64,000 nucleotides of DNA, taken from assembly GCA_002633005.1 (NCBI GenBank), contig NMRA01000409.1, forward strand, positions 345,938 through 409,937, written 5' to 3'. This DNA comes from Phoronis australis. Lineage: Eukaryota; Animalia; Phoronida. The notes under the pieces are model-generated. The model made no database searches. It had not been told where the DNA came from and saw only the letters and a program-made list of their open reading frames with translations. Position 1 is the stretch's first letter. Every line of letters starts with the position of its first letter. Shown here piece by piece: positions 13,601-26,284 of the stretch. The translations under genes and the position numbers were made by a program.

Positions 13601-14826
13601 TTTGTAAACTGCTAATCTCTTGGGCATGATTGACTTCGCCTACCTCGACCCAAAAGTACATGTAGCATAAGAGGGTGAATACATTGATGGCTATGCGAAG
13701 ACATTCTGTAGAACCTTTTGAGAAATTTGGATCACACAAGATTTCTAAGACTTCGAGATCCTCAGCATCCCGTCCAGTAATTTTCCACCGTCACTTTAGC
13801 ATCAAACCAATGAGCGCTCCACATTACAGTCGGTGTTGTAGTGGGCGTAGGCGCAGTCAACCACCTTATGGCATTTAAACGTGGCGCCAGCGTTATAGTG
13901 GGTGCAGGCGCAGCGAACCATTTTTTACGCCTTCACGTAGCGCCTACTCACAGTAGCTTTGATACAGTAGCTTGCGGTGTTGATGCGCAGGTACACTGAC
14001 GACAGCATTGTTGCAGAATATTCCGGCGCGCGTGACCATACGTCGTGGACAATTTACCCAAAAGATTGTAGTGAGCTTCTAGAGGCGTTGCCTTGACAAT
14101 GACGAGCAGTCATTTTGCTCTATTCTGGGCATCTTAGCCCCAAAACCTAGCCGATGGGATCTGGGATAAAACATGGCGAGCACGAAGTCGGGATTATTTG
14201 CTACCAGAGGAATGCGTGAGTTCTTAAAATCGGAGAAGACAACCGACCAAGTGCTCTGTGACGACAGGACCTCTTGCAGTACAGCTGAATATGTGAACGA
14301 GTATTCGGCGAAATGAACCGGATAGCACATGTATAAGACGAACACTCTTGTTTGCTATTAGAAACTACCCCTAGCTCTGTGTTCGACAAAGTCAATGGTC
14401 CCCTCCCCCCGCCTTCCATGTTCCAACCACAACCTTATGCCACAACGTGGATGATTCGACAACACGGAACTGCTGATTGTTCTCAGTCCAGATAACCATG
14501 CATGTAACTTAGAAAAGAACAAGACTGACACCAAAAAGTTTGTGGAGGTTTCTGTAGCTATAATATAAAGCACTCTATCTTTGGAGTGGTCACTTCAAGC
14601 AACTGGTTTTTTAATATCTCCTAAATTAATTGAAGAATAAGAACAGCTACTTGTAACAAAACCCTGCACATCACACCGGGTACATAGTGTTTGAAGCTCA
14701 TTTAAACATCGGTGCTTGTGTAAAATCGTGTTTGTGTAGCTGAAGCAGACGGAGTAACATATGTTCGCCGAGTAAAGAAATTTTAGATTAATATTTCAAG
14801 ATAAAGTAACAATTATGGTGTCACAC

Positions 14827-15033
14827 CATATGCGGATAAAGGGGGACCAAAAGGCCAAGAGTACGCACCCCACGGGTGGCTATGCACAGCATATCGTTTC
14901 TGGGCGTTACGCACCTATTTTCCTTTAAAATTGTGTTTGGCCCCCCTTCAAAACCGCTTGGAATGAACGCAGACCTTTGCCTTCACATATGTTTGGTTGG
15001 GTGCCTTTCTGTGAATTCCTAGATTCGCCACTG
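14827..15033. mobile_element. Older MITE of the same CAG..GCGGAT type
   Basis: CATATGCGGAT...ATTCGCCACTG; flanks cacac and cagac differ by one base. Confidence 0.55.
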
Positions 15034-17002
15034 CAGACTAGAAGTAAATACCCATTCGTGAGTCGAAAATAGACCTACATGTTCGTGAGTCAGGTTTTGC
15101 GAATTCAATGCACTTTTAGAATTCAGTGCTTAAGGTGATACAGTGGGCATTGGGTGCCTACTTTTCTCTATTTCACCACTATACCAACCACTTGGAGTAG
15201 CACTCTTTTTAACAGCTGCTCCATTCATAGTTATTATAGCGTTCACAAGAATTTGTCACCGGTGAATGGGTGAGGAGAAAGAAGAATAAAATGTCTCAAA
15301 CGTTTCGGAGAATGTCACGCCCCATTTTCGTCAAAGGAGTGGGTTATTAATACAGCCCATGAAAATGACTTTTCCATTCTTTTGTTTCAACAAAGACTAT
15401 TACATGGACCGCCACTCTGTATATTTTCAGCGGACGAACTCTGTAATCTTACGCAGAAGCCGTTACGTCATTATTCACTGGCGACACCTGGCCAAATAAT
15501 CAAGTTAACTTTAATTTCCGTCAAGTACGTCGCCTGCTAATCATGGTCGGCTGTTGTGTGGTTGGGTGGTAGCATTGCTAAAAGTACTCACGATACCAAC
15601 AGTTCTACTATCGGAAGACTTTGAACAGCGTTTCAATGCCGAATTATTCTTCATTGTACTGGACAGTAAAATAGATGCAAGAATTTCCCGTCACACCAAA
15701 ATCTGAAACAGCTAATTTAAGAGAGTGGCGCCTCCTCTGCACACTGCGCAAGAAAATGTCTGAGTTGCAAATCTGTTGTCTGTAATCTTTAATTTCAATA
15801 GAGCATGTGCTTTCCCGTGTACTCATGTTGTACATGTAGTCCTACTTGTGGCCAATGAGCTAAATCTATCTCATTGCTTGTGGCATTGTCATAGCCCAGT
15901 GAGACAGTGAAATGTTCCACTATGGGTTGTGGAAACCTCGGGAATAACACAGGAAAAGAAAAAAACCCGATAAATTAGTATCAGTACAAGTCTAACACTT
16001 GTACCTTAAACGAGCAGATGCCTGCAGTTTATTACGTACATCGTGTGCATTTTAATACGTAGATCTAGCCGTAGAGGCTAGAGTTCAATGGTCTCGCGAG
16101 ACCATATCGAGTTGAATGACTTACTGCTAGTGAACTCGTGCTTTCGTTTTGTTTCCAAATAGGGATCTGGGTGAAACGAACGGTGACCGTGCTGATGCAC
16201 GTATGATGTACAGTGATGCGTTGTGTAATATCGGATATATATTATAGTAACTTCAGATTTCTATCATTGTTTTCTTTATCGCATCAGCATTGTCGACAGT
16301 CCGTTCCAGGGCATAATGTTCCCTTTTCCAGATAATTACTAAATATTAGTTTACCTTTTTCAGAAAATTGTGAGACGAAGTTCCGGACACAGCACTCATG
16401 GCAACCACACCCACAGTAAGTTAATGGACGTAACAAAGCGCATGCGCAGGCATGCAGATTCTCTTGGGAAATTGGCGAGAATAGATAGAAAACGGGTGCA
16501 TTTAGCGCCGTACACAAGTTGTTAAGTAATTTAAAACCGGCAATTCAGAAGAGAATAACTTTCAATCTGGGAATAGTAATCTGCGTGTTCAATGTAATGG
16601 GACCAACGTATCGATCACTTGCGTACCATTGCATTGACATGTAACATACACAAATTCACGTTTACTTAGCACATTAGAATCTTGATTACCGAGAATTATA
16701 AACCTATTTCAGATAACGATTTGAAGAGTTGGGTTCTCTGTCGGCTCAGGTTTAGTGCGCTGTTCTAGACCTGCCAACTTCAGTGCTATGATTCACGAAA
16801 AGAGAGTTTTAGCCTTGGATGCTTCGCGGGTTACAAACTTTGTCTCATACTGTAGAAAATCTAGGATTTGTTCTGGACATACATGTAAATGACAGTAAGT
16901 ACTTACCAAAGAAGTGAATCAAATAATCAGGACTTGCTCAACTTAAACTCTTGCACAAGGACAGGAGACGCTCTCCTCGGAAGCCGGATCGCGAACCAAC
17001 TT

Positions 17003-17860
17003 CTGATTGGACTTTTCTGGCATGTTTGAAAAGGAAAAACTTCCAGAGCTTCTCAACATTCCTCCCAGCCATATCTGATAAAACCAACCATTAAAGACAC
17101 TCCAAAAAGATACACTCATCATCTGGAAATGAGATTATAGTACACCCGCTAAAAGAGTACTATGGAGTGCTATCCGCCGGACACAATTCCACAACCGTAA
17201 AAACAAAACAATGGTAAAACATACCCGGAAAACATATTCATTGTATGTTCATACAAGCTTACATGTACCTTGACGCATACCTGGTCATATACGTTCGACT
17301 GAAACACAATAAAACAACACGTACACCAATTAGTGACGTTATATAACCTATATTTCAAAAAACACACACTATGATTACAATAAAAATGAAAGTATTTTTT
17401 CTCCCAAACCTATGATTGGACGTTGCTGACTTGTTTGCAAGGGAGATGTCCCCAAACGTACGCAACATTCCTCCTCGCCATATCTGTCGGTGGTCGTCGC
17501 CATCTGGCGTCATAGGTTCCAGTTTAAACTAACCATTACACACAACCCCCAAAACGATACAATCGTCACCTGGAAGTGAGATTACAAAAACCTCGCGAAA
17601 AAAATATTATGGAGCACTATCCGGACATTAGTACCCGACCACAAAAGCAAGACAATGATAAACTATACACGGAAAATGTATGTTTTCATATCCGCTTACC
17701 TTGACGCGTACCCGGTCAAATGTGTTATCGTGCCACACAATGAAACAACACGTAAACCAACTGGTGAAATTATATAACCTATATTTCAAAAAATGCTATG
17801 ATTACAATAAAAACTGAATTCCATTTCCTCTCAAACCCCTTACTGGACGTTGCTGACATG
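17003..17860. repeat. Diverged tandem duplication, ~410-430-bp unit x2
   Basis: Matching blocks cctcc..gccatatctg, ctggaa.tgagatta and tatataacctatatttcaaaaaa at ~17060/17470, 17120/17570 and 17340/17770. Confidence 0.85.
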
Positions 17861-18486
17861 TTTATGAGCTTCAGAACAATAATCCGTACAGTTGATTCCA
17901 AATACTAATCTAAAATCAGTCCAATAGAGTATAACGTCACAAATTGCTAGTCAGATCAGATCGTTTGTTTTAAGAATTGCTAAATCGTAGAGCTAGCAGT
18001 ATATGTGCAAACCATTACGTTGTAAACACGTCACGCAAAGACAGGAATTCTCATTAATGCGGCTATAACTCTGCCTTTCATCACAAAAAGCAAATTTTTA
18101 TTGAGACCAATTACCGTTATGGAATTAGACCCAAATTTTAATTAGTCAAATTGGAGTCGATTTCAGCTTCAAGAGCACTCACAGGTCCTACACGCTGGTT
18201 TGTCACGTGTCATTTTGTGTACGGAGCACGTTCTCAAGCAATCACGATTGAACGTTCAATTCATTGCAAACCCAGAATTCAATTCGCATCTGAAAGAGGA
18301 ACACGTTCAGATCAATTCTACGGCGATTTAACTGGACACCCCTGAAACCATACACAGAAGATGTGAAAACTAAGGTCCAGAGAACAATAACTTATAAACG
18401 TGACCTATACATTCAGAGGCTGGAGGAGGAGGTAATTTTTGTTGTCACCATTTTTGCGTACATGCTACGTTGTCATTTAATTTCAG

Positions 18487-18681
18487 TTCACTGGGGCTAT
18501 AAAGACGGCATGGGTTACGGGCCGTCCAACTGGGGCGGCACGTGCGCGAAATCGACTGGTCAATCACCAATCAACGTGGACACAACTGTAACAAAGTTTG
18601 ACCCGGATTTGAAAACGCCCAAACTAGCGGGGTATGAACGACCCGTTGGCAACGTTACCATGTTGAACAACGGACACTCAG
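18487..18681 (+). CDS. Carbonic anhydrase exon (VHWGYKDG...QSPINVD...NNGHS)
   Basis: tttcag acceptor, gtaggc donor; N-terminal CA motifs including the His64-equivalent. Confidence 0.93.
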
Positions 18682-21600
18682 GTAGGCCTACATGTAATTA
18701 CGAAAAATGCAAAAAAATGAAACACTGAAATGTCACTATTAGGTGTGCTTGAATCCTTGGTTTGAGGTTTCTTTTATCGGCCGTGGCCGGTGATCGCCGA
18801 GTAATGGCGCTTGTTTTGAGCATGTTCAAAAAACGACAAAGGTCGCTATACATGCGTCATGCTTGAGGCAACTTTTACGTTAACACTGGGGGCTTTGATA
18901 CATGTACCTCAACGCGTAAGTGACTTTAAACCACACGGTAACGAACCCGCCCTAGTCAATTCACAAATTAACGCGCGTGGCTTAGCCGCGCTGCTAAAGA
19001 AGTCCTAGTCGCTTATCGGTTTTAAAAATTCTAAGACGGCTAATAATTACTTTTCGATTTTAATACCAGTCATGCTGGTCGTTTGCCTTACTTGTTCGTT
19101 TTATTTTTTTATTTATTTTATTTTTTCTTTGACGTAGAAATTAGCACGCTAAACAGGCACGTTGTTTACGACCGCACATTCGGGCAAGCACATGAATAGC
19201 GACTAGCTCACTTCAATGCGTAACGGCGCCATCAAGCCTTTGCTGTGCCGCGGAATTCTTGTCTAAACTCATTCTTAAGTAGAAAAGAAAATGTTAAAAC
19301 TAATCTCTAGTCTCTGATTTGATTTCCATGGAAACCAAAAGACTGTTTCCTGCCTTGCAGTAGTCGTTACCTTTCGGCTCTTTCCGTGAAAACGTATCGC
19401 GGGTTTAACTTCGTCATTCATGTCATTATACAATCTCTTTTTCCAGTGTCAATTTCTTTGAACGGTGGCATGACCTTGACATTGCCAAGCGACGGGCAAA
19501 CATTTCGTGCAGTTTCTTTCCATTTCCATTGGGGCGTCGACAACAAAGTTGGTTCCGAGCACACGGTGGACGGCAAGCCTTTCCCAATGGAGGTGAGGTC
19601 GGCCTGACTTCTCTGTTTTTGAAAGAAATGCTAAATATTTCGCCATTTCCATTAATTGGAAGCCATCAACTTAAAACAGTATAATATATCATTCCCGCCG
19701 CCCGTTTCATGAAAAAAGACTTTAGTCTACGTCATAAATTTCATCTTACTTGCGCTCTACACAGCTATTTTTGAAAAGCAATTTATATCACCTCAACAAA
19801 GTACGAGTTCTCTGAAAATTTATCGTTAGTCGCCTAAATAGTTTTTATATGTTATACCTAAACTGTCATGGTCTAACCATTATGTGTCAAAAACTTCACT
19901 CCGTAATTGTAAAGTGGGAATGTAAGTAAAAATTTCTGACCTAAATCTAATTTTAACCCTGTTTAGCTGGCCCAAAAACTAAAATCAAAATAGGCCTTAT
20001 ACATGTAGTTTCATAAAGTCGGACTCATAATGTTCCTACCGTGATAGGATTCCATTTCCATTAGCGACCCTGGTAACAGGCATTACATGTACATGTGCCA
20101 TTTTGCAATTCACAATTTTACGGTTTGGCCAAAGCCAATAAAGTTTGAAGCTTTTTTGAGTCATTGGTGATTTCTACGTTTTGGTTAATAACTGAAATGG
20201 TACCCTTTCACGGTAAGGAATATTACCGAGACAGGATTTATAAAGGCCTAATTCGATTTTTATTGGTACATGTACGAAATCCAATTTGGACATGGGACCT
20301 GTATGTTTTGGATAAACGTCTAAATCTGAGGGCATGCAAACCGATGCTCACACACGGTATTCTGCGCTTCAGCAATACATCCTCCTGGCACAGTGCCAAA
20401 CTACTCTTCCACAGAAAATGTGCCGTGAAAGAGATTGACTGAGACTGGTTCCCATTGAAGGACACCTTCCCTCCATCCTTGTGAAGAGTTTTAAGTTGTC
20501 AGCCCAGTTCGTTATCTCATGAAATATCTCTTGTAACGTATTTTGAGATGTTCCTAAATATCCACGAAAAGGTAGAGGGTGTTTCCTTTTACTATAATAC
20601 TTCACTTCAATGTCGACACCAGGTGGTGCAACTGTAGACTCTTCTCGCGTGAGGTAAACGGCCGTGTTCTTATCTACGTCTTAAGCGTGTAAGCATATTG
20701 TCGTAGTGATGCAAGCACGGGCATATTTAGAGGAAAAAGCCTGGTGGTATGTTTTAGCATCTGCCAGCAAAAGAATTGTCAAGTGACTATTCATGCTGAA
20801 AAAACACTTTGTTTCAAACCCAGTTTTTTATATGATTCAATGAAGACAGAAAGCATACATCACTCGCATTTCGCGGTTATTTCTCAAGGGATTGCTGATT
20901 GCACACAGTATAAATGATACACGGCCCACAATTTGATTTGGTCCTAGAGAAATCGATTGCAAGTCGTCTGATAGTTTCATACGCGTAAAACGGGTTTGTG
21001 CACTAATGCATGTTTTGCAGCCTCTTGCAACTGCTGATGTAAGTTCCAAGTCCCCTTAAATGACTTCGTTTTGTGTTATTTTGCTGTCCAAAAATACAAG
21101 GAGGCTCCAAAGGAGGCACTAGAGCCCGTTCAAGTGCAGACATGCGTCAAAATTCACTTTTTCTTTACCGATTTAAAGTTACGTTGAGCGCTGTATCGAC
21201 TGGTCAAAAATGGCCGAAAAAAAAAAAACGGTTTATCGAACCAAAAACAAAACCAGTGCCCGGTTGCATGAAACAGTCCCAAATAGGGACTCGACTGAGT
21301 TCCCTGAAACTTTTGCGTATTGGTTTCGTAAAATTTAAATTCGCTATTTTTAGTTTATCGTTATTAGATATATGAGGTGCTTTTTGACGAATGACATTTT
21401 CTAATAATGTAACTAAAACCTGAGTCCATAATTCAGACAAAATAGTTAGGGACTTAAAGCAGAGGCTTTGCATGACAAAAATCCCTGCTTATTTTCAATA
21501 ATAGTAAAAAATCAACGTAGAATTCACTTTCGATTAGTATCAGAGCCAAAAAATTGATTAAGAAATGAGACTGAGAATAAGAAAGGACAATCAANCCTGG

Positions 21601-24600
21601 TGGTATGTTTTAGCATCTGCCAGCAAAAGAATTGTCAAGTGACTATTCATGCTGAAAAAACTCTTTGTTGCAAACCCAGTTTTTATATGATTCAATGAAG
21701 ACAGAAAGCATACATCACTCGCATTTCGCGGTTATTTCTCAAGGGATTGCTGATTGCACACAGTATAAATGATACACGGCACACAATTTGATTTGGTCCT
21801 AGGGAAATCGATTGCAAGTCGTCTGATAGTTTTATACGCGTAAAACGGGTTCGTGCACTAATGCATGTTTTGCAGCCTCTTGCAACTGCTGATGTAAGTT
21901 CCACGTCCCCCTAAATGACTTCGTTTTGTGTTTTTTTTTTTGCTGTCAAAAAATGCAAGGAGGCTCCAAAGGAGGCACTAGAGCCCGTTCAAGTGCAGAC
22001 CTGCGTCAAAATTCACTTTTTCTTTACCGATTTAAAGTTACGTTGAGCGCTATATTGACAGGTCAAAAATGGCCGATTTCGAAGTAAAATGAAATAAGAA
22101 AACAAAAAACGGTTTATCGAACCAAAAACAGGACCAGTGCCCGGTTGCATGAAACAGTCCCAAATAGGGACTCGACTGAGTTCCCAAAAAACGTTTGCGT
22201 ATTGGTTTCGTAAAAATTTAAATTTGCTATTTTTAGTTTATCTTTATTAGATGTGGGAGCTGCTTTTTGACGAATGATATTTTCTAATAAATGTAACTAA
22301 AACCTGAGTCCATAATTCAGACAAAATAGTTAGGGACTTAAGCAGAGGCGTCGCATGACAAAAATCCCTGCTTATGTTCAATAATATTAAAAAATCAACG
22401 TAGAATTCACCTTCGATTAGTATGAGAGCCAAAAAATTGATTAAGAAATGAGACTGAGAATAAGAAAGGACAATCAATGTTTTCAAAAGCCCACAAATAC
22501 GCAGTAGATTTTGAGGACCTAGTTAAATCCCTACATGGGACTGTTTCATACAACCGGGCACTGAAGAACTTCACTCTGATCACAGTAGAAGCGCGTAAAA
22601 GAAATAATCCAACATTTACTTAAAACTTCCATACTTCAAGATTTTCAGTGCAACGCCGAATCACAAAATTAAACCAAAGCAATCGACACTGAAACAGGGT
22701 GTCCGACAAGGGTAATGGTCATATTACCCAATCAGAGCTTGATAAATGTTTAACTGCAACACTATCGACTTTGGAGATCGTTCACTGTCCCAAAGCGAAT
22801 CCGACTGATTTTTGGCCGGCATTCACGCTTGTCGTGTCGGAACATCAATGTAAAATTTGACTCGCCACAGGTAACGCTAGAAAATTGGGTCTCACTGCGA
22901 ATAATATAACGACAGTCTAATATGTTGCTTCTAGATGCACGTGGTTCACGTCAACTCAAAGTATGCTGACACTGCATCTGCCATCAAGCACAAAGACGGT
23001 CTAGCCGTACTGGGATTTTTTCTTGGAATAGGCAGTAACAACTCCAGGTACTTCGAGCCCATTGTGGAGAATTTGCAATACATTCCAAGCAGAGGTACGT
23101 AGTTTTCAACGGGGACTCGAGTGCCTTTTCTTCTCAAACACGTGACCTTTTCAGCAGCCTTCAAAACTCAATCAAAGCAATGACCAGTCATCAAATTTAC
23201 TATTTTTAACAAAATACGCCACTGTCATCAACCTGTTCCATCCCGTGATCATAACATGTGCATAAAATAGGCGGACACGACCAAACAAAATCTTTTTGGT
23301 TAATATGCGATACTTTTGCCTTCGAAAATTGTGATTGCCCGGCCGGCTCACGGCACGCCGCGCCGATCTGAGTAATCCATATCCGCGTGGTCACTCCTTT
23401 CGGCATAAACACCGTCATTATGTCGCCGTCGTCGTCGCCATCATTAGTCATCTCTAAATATTCGAATAGTTATCTTCATATCCCGCCATTCCAGGTGTAA
23501 TTGTAGGACAGCGCCACGCGTCATTAGCGCTTAAAATGTATCATCGACGCACTGTAATGGCAGTAACGGGCGCATAAAAATTGAATCGCAACGGCACCTG
23601 ACTTGAAAAGCACTGTCCTATTAAGTACTTCAAACCTAAGGACAATGAAGAACACCCGAACAAAACTAATGCCATTGACCAAAACAACAACCTGAACAGT
23701 GAAGCAGAAAATACTGATGTGACCCAAATAAAGGTTCTACAAATTGGCCAGTACATTTGAGGTCCTGTGTGTCGCAATTGACCAACAGTAACATTTTTCT
23801 TAAATCATTATTGGGGTGTTCTTGTAGCTACCATGTTTCGTTATCGTCATTGGCGTCATCGCAGGCCGTTCGTTACCTCTTCAACACCCGCTCCTTCTGG
23901 GGGATCCTTCGTCTCGTAGGCCACTCTAGGACATGAATTTTTGTTTGTTCTTATTGCAGGCAATTCTACGACAATTTCTGGGTTTTCCCTCAAAGAGTTG
24001 ATTCAGCCGGCGGTAACAAGGAGGCGTTTTTGGAGATACGACGGAAGTTTGACAACGCCTCCTTGCTCAGAAGTCGTCACGTGGACTCTCTACAGCGACG
24101 TAATATACATCAGCGTTGATCAGGTTTGAACAATAAACCAGAAAATTTCAAAATTGCATTCGAGTAGGATCGTCCCAGATTACACGGAAACACTCGAATC
24201 GCTCACATTTTCACAATTTCCGTCCAGCATTCTGTATTCGTTTTCGTGCCCTTGGAGTTCCACTTTTTCTATAAGTCGTTGTATTCTTTACAAGCTTTTC
24301 TCTTCTGCATTACCCAATGCCAACTAAGTATTAGTGCTACGGTGTGGGCTGCAACTCTGACGGTAAAGTTAGGTGAACCCACTTAGCCTACCGTGGATAC
24401 GTGCGTTGGAGTTCTTCGCCTTCCCGACATCATTCGGTCAAGAAAGAACGTTCGTTGGGTTAATTTTGAACCAAGCAGAATCCCCTTTCTTGAAGATACC
24501 TTTTAAATTATGGCACTTTTAAACGGTTGAAATCTAAAACATCCACAATCACACACCTCCACGGTTTCTGGCAGACCTGGCAAAATGTGTCTGACGTTCC

Positions 24601-26284
24601 AAAACGATGTCAATGGAAACAACGCGTTTTCTTACCTCCGGGACAGAGGAAATTTCTATCACTGTGTCAAACGTGTTTCATCAGTCTCCCCGATTCTTAG
24701 CCCCTAACGGTGCTAAGCCGGTCAAACCGAATAGGCAATGATTCTTCCCCTTCACGGTATTATTACAGTTAATTAAAAACGTTACATGTATCTCGCGGTA
24801 GACTATTCTGAGACCTAAATGAAATATTCGACTCCAAAATACGAATTAAAGCAATATGGTTTTCAAAGATGGCGCTGGATGGGATATAAAACTGACAAGA
24901 CCAACAGAGTTACGTGGTGACACTGATCAAACATGCGGCAGGATGTTAATCATTATGTTACTGTCTCATTGTGTAGCCCTGACTGAAAAAGGCCAGGTAC
25001 TTGAGTCGTCATCGTTCCAAGCAGATCACGAAACTAAACGCAATTTCGATTCCTCTATTTGCTTTTCTTACATCCTTTTTATGCCGCACATTTGAAGCTG
25101 CACCGTGTCACAAAGCGGATCTTGCGATTCTTAAAGGGCGTTCTTTCCCGCAGATGGAACTTGCAACGCCAGGGTCCAGTTTAGGCAGGAAATAACGAAA
25201 CACTTAGGAACTTGTAACTTTGACAGTACAATGGGAGGTGACAGCACAACTCTGTCAGACGACGCCAAAACAGAGATAGAAACCAACAGGATTACTTCTG
25301 TCGAGAGTTGACTCAAAACAACATCCCTATCTAATCGAAATGTCGCAAGGATTTTTTTACTCTTGGTCAAACTTTTGAGGGTTGTCGGGTAATTCATGGC
25401 GGTCTTTTGTTGTAACGATGTGTGGTAGGGTTTAGACGTACGCGCTTGTGAAAGTGGCAGAGAACTGCTTCTCAAGTTTAGCGAAGTCAAATTGAAATCC
25501 TTTTCCCCGGCAAAGCTGGCTTTAACCTGCAAGTACGAGTTTTTATTTGGTCACTGTAATATGAAAACAATAAGCTGGTACAGTAGTCAACCCCAGACGT
25601 TGAGAGGAAGTTTCAGAACTTGCAATTCTTTCAAAACGGCCGCTAGTTGCGTGCCTTGTCCGACGCTTTCAGTTGGCGACGCGAAGACTGCGCCAGGTGG
25701 TCAATGAAGAACAACACTAACGTTCTGACAACGCCGAAGTGTTCACTTTTTTCGAGGGCTGGGGTGCAACACCAGGTAGCACAACAGGTTCAAATATAAG
25801 AAATCATGATAGGGTTTAGCAGTCTTTTAAATATCCTACCAGGCTCGGCTAATCACCGCCAGAGGAGAAAAATACATGAACGTCCAGGTGGTGCGCAGCC
25901 ACTGGGGTAGTCGGAAATTATAAAATTGATGGCAATCAGGAGGACGTGAAGAAAATTGACTTGGGAGGGACGAGGGGGGAGGGGGTGAAAGTGGGTGGCG
26001 ACTGAGGGATCAGAAATTTAATATGTGTCATCCTCAATAAATTTTATGCACTCAGGCCTGCATGGTATACGTTTGTCACGAGGTTTCAATGGTTTCCGTC
26101 TGTCTTTCAGATGAACAAGTTCCACAAAATGATAGAGCTCGACGAATTTGTAAAGACCAACCATAGACCACCGCAACCAGTAGGTCAACGTGTAGTTTTC
26201 GCCTCCTTTGAAACCTCTGGCAGCAGCCCCGTGACTGCAGTACATCAATTCGTCTTCCTTCTCTTGGCAGCTCTAACTTACTGA
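18487..26284 (+). CDS. Alpha-carbonic anhydrase, extracellular/GPI-anchored type (CA4/CA15-like); span of the confident coding exons
   Basis: Exons 18487-18681, 19447-19592, 22935-23094, 23960-24123 and 26111-26284 all have AG/GT ends and join in frame. Motifs: HWGY, QSPIN, NNGHS, FHFHWG, GSEHTVDG, EMHVVH, DGLAVLG, RYDGSLTTPPCSE, NHRPPQP, then a hydrophobic C-tail. Confidence 0.95.
19447..19592 (+). CDS. Carbonic anhydrase exon (FHFHWG...GSEHTVDGKPFPME)
   Basis: ttccag / gtgagg; carries the two Zn-binding His (94/96 equivalents). Confidence 0.95.
20740..22477. repeat. Tandem near-identical duplication (20740-21594 / 21596-22477) split by N at 21595; probable haplotype artefact
   Basis: The junction is exactly at the N; copies differ only by SNPs and small indels. 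Confidence 0.9.
22135..22563. mobile_element. MITE in a CA intron (partial duplicate at ~21253-21594)
   Basis: TIRs CAGTGCCCGGTTGCATGAAACAGTCCC / GGGACTGTTTCATACAACCGGGCACTG. Confidence 0.85.
22935..23094 (+). CDS. Carbonic anhydrase exon (MHVVHVNSKY...DGLAVLGFF...YIPSR)
   Basis: ttctag / gtacgt; carries the third Zn-binding His; not listed on + in the ORF track. Confidence 0.95.
23960..24123 (+). CDS. Carbonic anhydrase exon (FWRYDGSLTTPPCSEVVTW)
   Basis: ttgcag / gtttga; Thr199-equivalent motif. Confidence 0.95.
26111..26284 (+). CDS. Carbonic anhydrase terminal exon (MNKFHKM...TNHRPPQPVGQRVVFASF...SGSS...HQFVFLLLAALTY*)
   Basis: tttcag acceptor in phase 0; N-x-R-P-x-Q-P motif; hydrophobic tail ending at TGA 26282-26284. 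Confidence 0.92.
   Translation: MNKFHKMIELDEFVKTNHRPPQPVGQRVVFASFETSGSSPVTAVHQFVFLLLAALTY

Noticed and set aside
20740-22477. Segmental duplication in a CA intron
   Set aside because: Junction exactly at an N with SNP-level differences; best explained as haplotype overlap
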